Counted from the first letter of the stretch, positions 1 to 9,985 are shown. The stretch: 64,000 nucleotides of DNA from Promethearchaeota archaeon (GCA_011364925.1 RDOA01000006.1:52161-116160); one strand, 5' to 3'. Notes: generated by a model from the sequence alone, not told the origin. Translations and numbers: made by a program.

Positions 1-1
1 A

Positions 2-58
2 GATATGAGAGATTTATATATTAATCCAATAAAGTGGTTACGGCAGCAACCATATTAA
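2..58 (+). CDS. pheS: 3' end of phenylalanine--tRNA ligase alpha subunit (partial)
   Basis: Frame 2 reads DMRDLYINPIKWLRQQPY*, resembling the PheS C-terminus (DIR.L...D..WL), immediately upstream of pheT. Confidence 0.65.
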   Translation, partial: DMRDLYINPIKWLRQQPY

Positions 59-61
59 ATT

Positions 62-68
62 GAGGTGA
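62..68 (+). promoter_or_regulatory. Shine-Dalgarno site (GAGGTGA) for pheT
   Basis: GAGGTGA lies 7 nt upstream of ATA-CCA-ACC (M-P-T) at 76. Confidence 0.7.
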
Positions 69-75
69 AAATATA

Positions 76-1752
76 ATACCAACCCTTGAATTAAAAATTG
101 ATAGGTTAGAAAGATTAGTTGGAAAGAATCTAAATATAGATGAGTTAGAATACGACTTGCAATGGATTGGATTAGATCTAGAGGATATTAATAGAGAAGA
201 ACAGACGATTAAAATTGAATATAATCCTAATAGACCAGATTTCTCATCACCAGAGGGAATAGCAAGGGCTTTGCAGGGTTATTATGAAGTTAAATTAGGT
301 GTTCCAACATTTGACATACAACTAGGTGAAGTCGTACTTAATGTAGATCCTAGTGTTAAAAAAGTAAGACCATATATAGTATGCGGGATCATCCGTAATA
401 TAGATTTAGACGAAGAAGAAGTTGCTACTCTAATGAATATCCAAGAACACCTTCACTGGGCTGTTGGAAGGGACAGAAAAAAGGTCGCAATTGGTGTACA
501 TGATTTAGATAAGGTCAAACCGCCCTATAGGTATACTGCTGTAAAACCAGATTCAGTGAGTTTTACTCCTTTACATGGAGATGGATATCCAATGAATTTA
601 GAAGAGATTCTACTCCTTCATGATAAAGGTATAGAATATGCTCACATTTTAGAGGGAAAAGAGGTGTACCCCATCATTTTTGATGATAATAACGAAGTGC
701 TATCCTTTCCACCAGTTATTAACGGAGTTCTTACAACTGTTACTGATGAAACTAAAAATTTGTTCTTAGATTTGACCGGGACTGATTTTAATGCAGTGAA
801 TCTTGCATTAAACATTTTGTCCACTACTTTATCAGACATGGGGGCTAAAATCGAAAGTGTTACAGTAAATTATGAAGGAGAAAAAGAGATCGTAACTCCT
901 AATTTAGATTCTACTAAGTGGCAAGTTGAGATTGACTTTATAAATAGTTACCTTGGTTTAAAGTTAACTCCATCTGATATGATAAAGTGCTTTCAGAAAG
1001 TTCGGATCGATGCTAAAGAATCTAAGAGAAAAGGCTTTTTGGACATATATATACCTGCTTTTCGTGGAGATATTATGCATCCCGTCGATCTAACTGAGGA
1101 AGTTGCCATTGGATACGGTTATTTTAATATTCCAAAAACAATCAGAGAGGGATGTATAGGAGAATACCATCCAGTTCAAGTCTTTTCGGACAAAATACGA
1201 ACAATTATGATTGGAGCAGGTTATCTAGAAGTTATTAATTTCATTTTATCTAGCTCTGAAAAACAATATACTTTAATGAGCCAAAAATTCAACGAATCAA
1301 AGCTGATTCAGATTGCAAATCCAGTTTCAAAAGAATATAATACAACTAGAACAACAATTTTACCTAATTTAATGGATACAATACGTTTTAATAGGTCCGA
1401 AGAAAAACCAATTAGGATTTTTGAAGTTGGAGATGTTGTAGTTCTAGCGCCTAAAGAAGAAACTGGAGCTAAGCGCGAAATTCACCTTTCAGCAGTATCT
1501 TATCATGAGGACGCGGACTTTACTGAAATTAGATCAACTTTAGATTTTATTATGACTGCGCTCGGATTATATAATGAATTTGAGGTAAAAGTTGGGAGTA
1601 ATCTTAGCTATATTAATGGACGTTATGGCGATATTTATTTTAAAGGCACCAAGATTGGAGAAATCGGAGAAATCAATCCAGAGGTTCTGTTAAATTTTAA
1701 ATTAGAATTTCCAGTTGCGGCATTAGAATTAAATTTAGAAAAAGTTCTGTAA
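76..1752 (+). CDS. pheT: Phenylalanine--tRNA ligase beta subunit, archaeal/eukaryotic type (probable ATA start)
   Basis: PNRPD, GRDRKKVAIGVHD, RGDIMHPVDLTEEVAIGYGY and NPVSKEY motifs. The frame stays open upstream of the called TTG (157) to an MPTLE-like N-terminus at 76. Confidence 0.95.
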   Translation: MPTLELKIDRLERLVGKNLNIDELEYDLQWIGLDLEDINREEQTIKIEYNPNRPDFSSPEGIARALQGYYEVKLGVPTFDIQLGEVVLNVDPSVKKVRPYIVCGIIRNIDLDEEEVATLMNIQEHLHWAVGRDRKKVAIGVHDLDKVKPPYRYTAVKPDSVSFTPLHGDGYPMNLEEILLLHDKGIEYAHILEGKEVYPIIFDDNNEVLSFPPVINGVLTTVTDETKNLFLDLTGTDFNAVNLALNILSTTLSDMGAKIESVTVNYEGEKEIVTPNLDSTKWQVEIDFINSYLGLKLTPSDMIKCFQKVRIDAKESKRKGFLDIYIPAFRGDIMHPVDLTEEVAIGYGYFNIPKTIREGCIGEYHPVQVFSDKIRTIMIGAGYLEVINFILSSSEKQYTLMSQKFNESKLIQIANPVSKEYNTTRTTILPNLMDTIRFNRSEEKPIRIFEVGDVVVLAPKEETGAKREIHLSAVSYHEDADFTEIRSTLDFIMTALGLYNEFEVKVGSNLSYINGRYGDIYFKGTKIGEIGEINPEVLLNFKLEFPVAALELNLEKVL

Positions 1753-1792
1753 CATTTTCAGAATAGTTTAAAAAAATCATATTGGGAGTAAA

Positions 1793-2893
1793 ATGAGCGA
1801 AGAAGAAAAAGTAATTAAAGAATTGGAAGAGTTAAGAAAGAATATTGATGACATTGATGATACTATTGTTGATCTTCTTAATAAAAGAGCTAATGCGGTG
1901 ATTAAAATTGGAAATCTCAAGAAATCTTTGAATTTAGAAATTTTTCAACCAGCAAGAGAAGAAGAGATAAAGAACAGGCTGGTTAATAAGTCAACTATTT
2001 TCAAAAAAAGTAGTATCGAGGCAATTTGGAAAGAAATAATTAGTGCAAGCAAATTGATTCAAGGAACTATTACAAAAGTAGGGTTTCTTGGTCCTAATGG
2101 CACTTTCACACATCAAGCGGCTCTTGATTACTTTGCTAAGGCGGGAACTCAATTTGTTCCCTTTGATTCAATGCAAGAAATCTTCGATAATATAGATAAA
2201 AAAACACTTGACTTTGGGATTGTTCCTATTGAGAATAGTCTTCAGGGAACAGTACGAGAAACTCTAGATTTGCTAATCGAAAATGATTTATTTATTTATG
2301 GTGAAATTGAGGTAAGAGTGATCCAAAATTTAATTTCGTTAAAGGCTACAGAAATATCGGATATCAAACATATTTTTTCTCACCCTCAAGCTTTTGCACA
2401 GACAAGAATTTGGTTAAAATCAAATTTGCCAACAGCTAAAATTATAGAGGTACACTCAACTGCTGAAGCTGTTCGTAGAGTTAGAAAGTTGGAGGATAAA
2501 TCTTATGCGGCTATTGGGACTGAATTTGCTGCTGAAATTTATGAGTTAAAAATTTTAAGCTCAAATATCGAGGACGAGAAGTCTAATTATACGAGATTCT
2601 TAATAATATCTAAAAATGAAAATCCATTGAAAACCGAACATATGAAAACATCGATTGTTTTTGTTACAAAACATATCCCTGGAGCTCTATATTGGGTATT
2701 AAAAATATTCTCTGATGCAGATATAAATTTATCAAAAATAGAATCGAGACCACGTAGAAAAGGAAAATGGGAATATATCTTCTTCATGGATTTTGAAGCC
2801 GATAAAGATAATCCTAAAGCGGTAAAAGCCCTTGAGCTAATGAAAGCAAATGTGATTTGGCATAAAGTTCTTGGATCTTTCCCTATTAAATAA
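1793..2893 (+). CDS. pheA: Chorismate mutase / prephenate dehydratase (P-protein)
   Basis: N-terminal AroQ domain (LRKNIDDIDD...R), then FLGPNGTF, VPIENS, SHPQA, NYTRF and ACT-domain IESRP. Confidence 0.95.
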   Translation: MSEEEKVIKELEELRKNIDDIDDTIVDLLNKRANAVIKIGNLKKSLNLEIFQPAREEEIKNRLVNKSTIFKKSSIEAIWKEIISASKLIQGTITKVGFLGPNGTFTHQAALDYFAKAGTQFVPFDSMQEIFDNIDKKTLDFGIVPIENSLQGTVRETLDLLIENDLFIYGEIEVRVIQNLISLKATEISDIKHIFSHPQAFAQTRIWLKSNLPTAKIIEVHSTAEAVRRVRKLEDKSYAAIGTEFAAEIYELKILSSNIEDEKSNYTRFLIISKNENPLKTEHMKTSIVFVTKHIPGALYWVLKIFSDADINLSKIESRPRRKGKWEYIFFMDFEADKDNPKAVKALELMKANVIWHKVLGSFPIK

Positions 2894-3035
2894 AGTATAT
2901 TGATATAATTTTCTTAAAATGTTCATTATGCTTCTTTAGTATTATTTATTCGTGTTCTTTTTTAATAATTTAATATTATAAATAATATTCTTTTTTTTAA
3001 AAAAGTAGAATTTATAACAATCTGGTTTTGCTTGA

Positions 3036-3764
3036 ATGGAAGGAAATTTAAGGATTAACGGAAGAAAATTTGACGAGATTCGAAAAACTACTTTTGAGCG
3101 AAATTTTCTGAAATACCCTGAGGGTTCAGTTTTGGTTACTCAAGGAAGTACAAAAGTTATCGTAACAGCTTCGGTTATGGAGAATGTTCCTAGATTTTTA
3201 CAAGATACAGGGACTGGATGGATTACTGCCGAATATAATATGCTACCTAGAGCAACTTTATCACGAAATCCAAGAGAAAGAGAAAGATCAGGTATAAAAG
3301 GAAGAACTTACGAAATTCAACGCCTAATTGGTAGGAGCATGAGAGCCGCTTTCAACTATGAAAAACTCGGTGAACGAACAATTAAAGTGGATTGCGATGT
3401 TATACAAGCAGATGGGGGAACTAGATGTGCATCTATCACCGGTGCTTTTATTGCTGTTTTTGATGCTATCAATTACCTTTACAACCAACAGAGAATTTAC
3501 GATTTTCCTGATTATAAGGTTACTGCTGCTATATCTCTTGGAATTAAAAATAATAAAGTAATTTTAGATTTAGATTACGAAGAAGATTCTAAAGTAGATG
3601 TTGATTTCAACTTAGTCGCCAATGAAGATTTGGAATTGATCGAAATTCAAGGAACCGCGGAAGGAGCACCATTTAACAAGGAAAAACTCAATGAAATAAT
3701 AACAGTCGGCGAGAAAGGCGTACTGGAACTCATTAACCTCCAAAAACAGGTTTTAAATTTATAG
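3036..3764 (+). CDS. rph: Ribonuclease PH, bacterial type
   Basis: GWITAEYNMLPRAT, GRTYEIQRLIGRS, DCDVIQADGGTRCASITGA, LDLDYEEDS and EIQGTAEG are bacterial Rph signatures. Confidence 0.9.
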   Translation: MEGNLRINGRKFDEIRKTTFERNFLKYPEGSVLVTQGSTKVIVTASVMENVPRFLQDTGTGWITAEYNMLPRATLSRNPRERERSGIKGRTYEIQRLIGRSMRAAFNYEKLGERTIKVDCDVIQADGGTRCASITGAFIAVFDAINYLYNQQRIYDFPDYKVTAAISLGIKNNKVILDLDYEEDSKVDVDFNLVANEDLELIEIQGTAEGAPFNKEKLNEIITVGEKGVLELINLQKQVLNL

Positions 3765-3775
3765 GTAAAAAAAAC

Positions 3776-4366
3776 TTATTGTTTTTCTAATGACGCTCCA
3801 CATAAAGTACAATACTTAGCATTAATTTTTACCTGACTATAACAATAGGGACATATTTTAAATTGATCGCTTCCAGATGGTTGAATTTCATCAGTTCGGG
3901 CTTTTATAGGAGTCTTTGGGGTTCTTCTTCTAATAAGAATGAAAATCGTCATAGTTATCAATACAGCTATTCCGATTCCAATACTCGTTAGCAGTATTGG
4001 GATTAAGTTAGGAGGTTCGGGCGGTAGTGGAGGGATATACAAAACAACTACTATTGATTTTTCTATTTCTATGTTACCAACAGCATCAATTGATTGATAT
4101 GTAATCATATAAACACCTGAATCATAACCTGATAGAGTAAAGGCTCCTGTATATGAAATCCAAGAAGAGTCGTCGATTTTATATAGAGTGGTTGATACGC
4201 CTGATTCAGAGTTATCTGTCGCTATTAATGAGAATAGGGTTGAAGCATTTACTTCATTAATTCCACTGTAAGGTACAAAACTTATCGATGTTACCGATGC
4301 ATTTAGGTCTCTTAAGATATAGCTTGGGTTAACTGAAAATATAATAAAAAGAGTAGATGCTTTCAA
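3776..4366 (-). CDS. Small single-pass membrane protein: Ig-like/OmpL47-type beta domain, Pro linker, TM helix, cytoplasmic zinc ribbon (possibly N-terminally truncated)
   Basis: ATD..SGV..T.YKID..W..Y...Y.SID.VGN.E pattern, PPLPPEPP, hydrophobic helix followed by RRR, CPYC...CTLC. Confidence 0.65.
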   Translation of the reverse strand: MKASTLFIIFSVNPSYILRDLNASVTSISFVPYSGINEVNASTLFSLIATDNSESGVSTTLYKIDDSSWISYTGAFTLSGYDSGVYMITYQSIDAVGNIEIEKSIVVVLYIPPLPPEPPNLIPILLTSIGIGIAVLITMTIFILIRRRTPKTPIKARTDEIQPSGSDQFKICPYCYSQVKINAKYCTLCGASLEKQ

Positions 4367-4377
4367 AAGGGAATAAC

Positions 4378-5529
4378 TTAATGTGCTTCAATTCCAAGCA
4401 TTTCCGGATGTCTTTGGAAGTAATTGACTCCTTCCTTAATGATGTCAAGGATAGATCTTACAGGTCTCCATCCTGTTTCTTTGACAATCTTGTCGTTCCT
4501 GCCAATTAACAAGGGAACTTCACTAGGTCGCATACGTTGAGGATCGACAAACACATCTGCATCAATTTTATAAATACTTTTCGCTAATTTTACATAATCA
4601 GCTATAGTTATTCCCTTCCCAGAACTGATATTAAAAGGTTCACCAAATTTCTTTTTCTCGCTAAGTATTATATAAGCATTAACAGTATCTTTGACATGGG
4701 TAAAATCTCTGATAGAATTTGGATTTCCTATCACGATTTTATCCCGCTTTTTATTTAAAATCTCTACAATTTGTCTATGAACCACACTTGTTACAAATTG
4801 AATCCCTCTTCTAGGTCCTTCGTGATTAAATCCACGAGTTATAATGCTAGGAACTCCGTAAGAATTATGATATAACCACGCTATTTGTTCGGTTGCGCAT
4901 TTAGATATCCCGTAAACACTTCTAGGTCTAAAAGGATTCCTTTTTAAATCTTCAGTTACGGGAACTTCGTTCGGATCTACTAATCCATATTGTTCGCTAC
5001 TACAAGCCACTTGAACGCTATCCAAATCAGCATCATATCTACGTGCAGCTTCAAACAGTTTGATTGTACCAATAATATTATTACTTGTTACTCTTGCGGG
5101 CTCTCGAAAAGATGTAGGAACGAATGATTCTGCTGCGAGGTGAAAGACTGCATTGGGTTGGATATCTGCAAAAATTTCGTAGGTTCTCTCTGCACTAGTT
5201 ATGTCAGCTTCATGGAGTTCAATTTTCCCTCGTAAATGTTCAATATTTTCGTGCATAGGGACAGCATGTCTACGTATTGTTCCATGAATTTCGCATCCTA
5301 AATCTAGTAATTGTTCGGCTAAAAAGCTACCTGCAAATCCACTAATGCCCGTGATTAATACTCGTTTGTCTTTCCAATAATTCTCGTTTGGTAATGTAGT
5401 TGTTCGATTTTTAAAATCTTCCAAATAATCGTCTATTTTTTCTGGGTTGATTATAAAGCCCTGTTTTTCAAGTTCGAGAACTCTGGGATTTATTTCAAGT
5501 ACTTTATCAATTGGAATTAAATCATCCAT
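4378..5529 (-). CDS. gmd: GDP-mannose 4,6-dehydratase-family SDR
   Basis: TGISGFAG, HLAAESFV, SSEQYG, YGISK, FNHEGPRRG..FVT. Confidence 0.75.
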   Translation of the reverse strand: MDDLIPIDKVLEINPRVLELEKQGFIINPEKIDDYLEDFKNRTTTLPNENYWKDKRVLITGISGFAGSFLAEQLLDLGCEIHGTIRRHAVPMHENIEHLRGKIELHEADITSAERTYEIFADIQPNAVFHLAAESFVPTSFREPARVTSNNIIGTIKLFEAARRYDADLDSVQVACSSEQYGLVDPNEVPVTEDLKRNPFRPRSVYGISKCATEQIAWLYHNSYGVPSIITRGFNHEGPRRGIQFVTSVVHRQIVEILNKKRDKIVIGNPNSIRDFTHVKDTVNAYIILSEKKKFGEPFNISSGKGITIADYVKLAKSIYKIDADVFVDPQRMRPSEVPLLIGRNDKIVKETGWRPVRSILDIIKEGVNYFQRHPEMLGIEAH

Positions 5530-5630
5530 ATTGTTACAAATTAAAATTAGAATATAAATTAACTTAATTATTAAAAAAAAAGCTGAGTTTTAATAGAAAA
5601 TGAGAATACATTTAAGAGATAGTCATATAA

Positions 5631-7088
5631 TTATAATTTGACTTTCTTAAAGTCTACTTGTCCTATTGCTTTAGATATTTTGGAGAGTTCAGTCGTTAAT
5701 GTTACTTCTTTTAGATGTGATTTCCGGATATTCCTTAATTGCGTTAACTGAGGGTTTTCTTCGTTAAATAAGTTAATTTTTTCTTCAGGGTCAGATTTAA
5801 GATCAAATAAAAGCTCCGCATTATTTTGCTCATTATAAATATATTTCAATTGGTTTTTCCTAATAGAAATAAGTTGAAATCCATTTTTACTATTACGTTT
5901 CATTAACCCATCTTTTTGATATGTCTCCGAAATTACACAATCATCTCTTTCTAAAAAACCACCTTCTAATAATGGTAATAGACTTGAACCCTGAAATGAA
6001 TCTGGTATGGGGATACCAAAGTAATCAAGTATTGTAGGAGCAATATCAATTAACTGAACTGTGTTGTTGACTCTCCTTACCAGAGTATTCTTACCGATAT
6101 CAACAATAAACAAAGGTATTCTTAATAATTCATCATATACAATCCCTTGATGGAAAAATTTGTCATGTTCGAAAAATGCTTCACCATGATCAGAGGTAAC
6201 AATAACCAGACAGTTTTTTTGGTATTTTTGGCTCAAAATTTTAAAGAGATAACTTAAGTATGAATCAATATAATTTATCTCTCCATCGTAGAGAATTTTT
6301 AACTTCTCTAACACATCTTTAGAAATACGATGTTTATGAGGATTTCGATAAATGTTGTTATTTAGGAAGTTCCTTTCCTGATTGCTTATATCAACATGAC
6401 TTATCTGAAGAACATTTTTTGAAGGTGGATTGAATGGACTATGAACATCCATAAAATGTGCCCATAAAAACAAGGATTCAGTATGATTTTTAAGAAAAGG
6501 TAAAACTTTATTCGTAATATAAGGAGCATTATATGCGATTGGCGCGAAGGGTAAAAGAATGTCTGTAAGAAATGGTAGTTTATTCCGCAAGAAATTTTTG
6601 AGTTTATTAAAACCTCTTAATCCATAAATCAGTCTCCTAAAAATTTTTTGATAATTCAATATCTTTTTAATGAAGTGAAGTAAATTTGAAGTTTTTTCCT
6701 CATTATCTGGCTTATTCGGATGTTCTTTGAATCTTTCACCATCAAGAAAGACATCAAACCCCCTATGATAATTAAAAAATTTACTTAAATTGGGGTTACT
6801 GTGTATTCCGTAAGTAAAAATACCACTTTCTTTCAGAATTTGAGGAAAGGTTAATTTCTGGGACGGTAAAGGGCTAAATCCTCCATTTATAAGAGGCAAC
6901 ATGGAGGTAAAAATTGATGAAAAAGCAGAAGGTGTTTCTGGTCCATTGGTAAATGCGTTAGAAAAGCTTGTACCATTTTTTACGAACTTTTCTAAATTTG
7001 GTGCCGTATTTCGATGATAACCATATGACTTCAAATGATCTGGCCTTAAAGCATCAATGGTTACTAGAATTACACATTTTTGCACCAT
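5631..7088 (-). CDS. Sulfatase-like AlkP-superfamily enzyme (Thr nucleophile, cytoplasmic)
   Basis: TIDALR, NGPETPSAF, HFMDVH, SDHGE, QLIDIAPT, ELLFDLKSDPEE. No C/S-x-P-x-R motif and no signal peptide. Confidence 0.85.
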   Translation of the reverse strand: MVQKCVILVTIDALRPDHLKSYGYHRNTAPNLEKFVKNGTSFSNAFTNGPETPSAFSSIFTSMLPLINGGFSPLPSQKLTFPQILKESGIFTYGIHSNPNLSKFFNYHRGFDVFLDGERFKEHPNKPDNEEKTSNLLHFIKKILNYQKIFRRLIYGLRGFNKLKNFLRNKLPFLTDILLPFAPIAYNAPYITNKVLPFLKNHTESLFLWAHFMDVHSPFNPPSKNVLQISHVDISNQERNFLNNNIYRNPHKHRISKDVLEKLKILYDGEINYIDSYLSYLFKILSQKYQKNCLVIVTSDHGEAFFEHDKFFHQGIVYDELLRIPLFIVDIGKNTLVRRVNNTVQLIDIAPTILDYFGIPIPDSFQGSSLLPLLEGGFLERDDCVISETYQKDGLMKRNSKNGFQLISIRKNQLKYIYNEQNNAELLFDLKSDPEEKINLFNEENPQLTQLRNIRKSHLKEVTLTTELSKISKAIGQVDFKKVKL

Positions 7089-7182
7089 TCTTTTTTCACT
7101 ATAATAATATAAGAATAGGATTTTAAATAAAATTTTGAAACTTCCCTATGAGAATGCATTATTTGCGCTTTTTTAATTCAAT

Positions 7183-8490
7183 TTAAGTTTTAAATAAATC
7201 TATTGGATCCTTCTCCATATAATAGGGTTTTTCTAGTTTAAATAATTTAAGAATAGTTGGTGCAATTTCTTGATAATGTAGTAGTGGGATTGTCCCCTTT
7301 TTAATGTCTTTTCCATAAGCTATGAACATCCCTTTATTCGTATGACTAAATGTTTCTGTTTTCCTTTTAATAAAGTAAGAGGATTCTGTGGTGAAAAGAT
7401 ATTTATCATCAAGAATCACTACTAAATCAGGAAATCCATTTACATTAAATTCGATTACTTTTTCAATATATTTATCTCTTTCGAGGGTCTCCTTAATTAA
7501 TTGTTTCTTCTTTCTCTCCTCACCAATTAAAAATATCGCGCCTACATTTGATGTAAGCTTTTGAATAAAAGAACGGGGTTTATCCTTATCTAAATGTTGA
7601 AGTGCTCTTTGTTTTTTAAGTTCCGAGTCTCTCTTCTTCGAGATAGCCAATCTATTATATAATTTTTTGGTAAAATCAACCCTCATAATAGGACGTATAT
7701 AATCATAAAGTTTTATAACAAGACTATTTACCTTCAGCTCCCTAGCTTTATTTATGTAAAGTAACCTCTTTTTCTCAAGGAACCGGGGAAAGTGAATAAC
7801 CTTTTTATAAAATTTTAGACCATGGTCACTAAAAATTACAATATTGTCAATAGATTTATTATCAATTAATTCTCCGATAAATTTATCAATTTGTTTATAT
7901 CCAATATTAATGTAAGTATTTACTATCCTTTCGCTACCAAAAACTCGATGAGAAATAGCGTCTGGCACTCGAATAACAAAGGTAAGTAAATTAAAATCCT
8001 CATTTAATTTTTCTAGAAACAGATTTTTCTTGATTTTAAAGGCTTTGAATATCTCTTTTAGCGTTCTACCTTCTATTATCCAATTTTTTTTGTAAATTTG
8101 TTCAAGATTTTTTGGAAATGACGAGAATAAAGGAGATAATATTCCTGCGATCATTTGTCCGTTAATTTCCCAGGCAGGGTATGTTCCAGGGACATTTAAA
8201 GCAAAAATTCGAAGAGCTTTTATTGAAAATATTGATTTATCCCTCCATACATTTGAATTAAAAACACCTTTAATAGGATGGATAAAAGTAAGATAACCTA
8301 GGTTTTCTGGATTTATTCCCGTAAACAAACAAGGCCATGAAGGAATTGTTGTGTGTGGAGTAGTAACTTCTAATTTTGAGGAAAATCCATTTTCAATTAA
8401 ATATTTAAGATTAGGTACTTCATTATTTTCAAGCAAATTTTGAAAACTCTCAAAACAACCTCCATCTATACCGATAATAACATTTTTAAT
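7183..8490 (-). CDS. AlkP-superfamily (type I phosphodiesterase/NPP-like) enzyme (probable ATT start)
   Basis: The frame extends upstream of the called TTG to (I/M)KNVIIGIDGG, which carries the metal-binding Asp. Also TIPSW, PDAISH, SDHG, SH...G.FIAYG, EIAPTIL. Confidence 0.85.
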   Translation of the reverse strand: MKNVIIGIDGGCFESFQNLLENNEVPNLKYLIENGFSSKLEVTTPHTTIPSWPCLFTGINPENLGYLTFIHPIKGVFNSNVWRDKSIFSIKALRIFALNVPGTYPAWEINGQMIAGILSPLFSSFPKNLEQIYKKNWIIEGRTLKEIFKAFKIKKNLFLEKLNEDFNLLTFVIRVPDAISHRVFGSERIVNTYINIGYKQIDKFIGELIDNKSIDNIVIFSDHGLKFYKKVIHFPRFLEKKRLLYINKARELKVNSLVIKLYDYIRPIMRVDFTKKLYNRLAISKKRDSELKKQRALQHLDKDKPRSFIQKLTSNVGAIFLIGEERKKKQLIKETLERDKYIEKVIEFNVNGFPDLVVILDDKYLFTTESSYFIKRKTETFSHTNKGMFIAYGKDIKKGTIPLLHYQEIAPTILKLFKLEKPYYMEKDPIDLFKT

Positions 8491-8809
8491 TAGAGAACAC
8501 CAAACCTTGAACTATTATTAATTCTTTTATAATTTAAAAGTAAAGTGACATAAAAAAATTTTGAATGAGGGTTTTTAATGAGTAAAAGTATTTTTACTAA
8601 TCAAATCTACTTCGATCTAAATTCTCTTTTGAGATTTTTTAGCTTAAAACATACTAATCATAATTTTATGATTTTTGAGAAAAAATAAGAATCAGTTGCT
8701 GTTGTATTAGTTCTAATTTCTATGATGTAAGATTTTTCTAAAATTTTAAATTATCTTTGAGATTGTTTTAATATAATTTTAATGTGTAATTTATTTCGAA
8801 ATTGAAAAG

Positions 8810-9985
8810 ATGCTAAATCTTCTTATATTTACCCCTTTAGCCTTTGAAAATGGAAGAGGTGGAGAAATCTCTGCTATGGAATTAGCTGTAGGTTTAGATC
8901 GATATTACAATATTACTTTACTTGATACAAATATAGTGATAGGTGACGAAATATTAACAAAGAATTTAATAAAAAATAAGTTAAAAGGGTTAAAAAGAAT
9001 TGGAAGAATCAAATTTGCAGTATTAAGATTTTTCGACAAAGTATTTACATTTCCGTATCCTTGGGAAATTGTCAGGCTCTATAAAATAATTAAAAAGAAT
9101 GATATTATTTATACATCAGCTTTAACAATTAAAACAAATTTATTGTTAATATTTTTTAAGTTGTTACATAGAAAGGGTAAATTCATAATAGGCCATAGAA
9201 AACCTCTCTATAGTGGAAGAGTTTTTTCCTTATATAATCTCAAGTATCGAATTTCAATTTTAGTATTTTCTCTCTTTAAGAAGAGACTTTATCATCACAC
9301 AATTTCGAATCACGCTAGAGATTTTCTGAAAACATTTTTTCCCTCAGATAAGGTAAAGCATATTACTCACGGTGTTGATTTAATAAATTTTTCACAGGGA
9401 AAAGCCGTTAAAAAACAAACCGAAGTATTAAAATTTATCTATGTAGGATATCTTGATGATGTTCATAAAGGAATAGGTGTTTTATTAGATGCAATAGAGG
9501 AAGTACTCCAAAATAACCAAGACTACAAGATACTCTTCGAATTCTGTGGTACAGGGCCTTTAAAACCAAAGATTGAAGAATTACAAACAAAGTTTCCAAC
9601 TTTTGTAATATACCATGGATATATAAGTAATAATCTCATCCATGAATATTATCAAAATTGCGATGTTTTCCTTCTTACGTCTCGAAGAGAACCGTTTGGA
9701 AGAGTATTAGTTGAAGCAATGGCAGCAGGCTTATTAATAGTAAGTAGCAAAACAATAGGCTCAATAGAGATTTTAAAAGGAAAGGATTTTGGATTTTTCA
9801 TACAAAAACTTACACCTAAGGGAATTTCAGATAAAATTATCGAAGTCTATGATTTATGGTGTAATCAAAAATCGAAATTTAGAGAACTTCAGCAAGAATC
9901 CAGGGATTACGCCTTCCAATTTTATTCAGTTGATGTAGAAGTCCAAATGTTTAAAAATTTAATTGAAAATTTACAAGATAATTAA
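8810..9985 (+). CDS. Glycosyltransferase family 4
   Basis: GGE N-terminal loop, YVG...KG, EPFGRVLVEAMAAG (ExFG...E). Confidence 0.9.
   Translation: MLNLLIFTPLAFENGRGGEISAMELAVGLDRYYNITLLDTNIVIGDEILTKNLIKNKLKGLKRIGRIKFAVLRFFDKVFTFPYPWEIVRLYKIIKKNDIIYTSALTIKTNLLLIFFKLLHRKGKFIIGHRKPLYSGRVFSLYNLKYRISILVFSLFKKRLYHHTISNHARDFLKTFFPSDKVKHITHGVDLINFSQGKAVKKQTEVLKFIYVGYLDDVHKGIGVLLDAIEEVLQNNQDYKILFEFCGTGPLKPKIEELQTKFPTFVIYHGYISNNLIHEYYQNCDVFLLTSRREPFGRVLVEAMAAGLLIVSSKTIGSIEILKGKDFGFFIQKLTPKGISDKIIEVYDLWCNQKSKFRELQQESRDYAFQFYSVDVEVQMFKNLIENLQDN

Noticed and set aside
2972-2989. AT-only inverted repeat upstream of rph
   Set aside because: 8-bp arms of pure A/T in an AT-rich spacer are expected by chance.
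5631-7088. Annotation as a classical formylglycine arylsulfatase
   Set aside because: It lacks C/S-x-P-x-R and no maturase gene is in the window.
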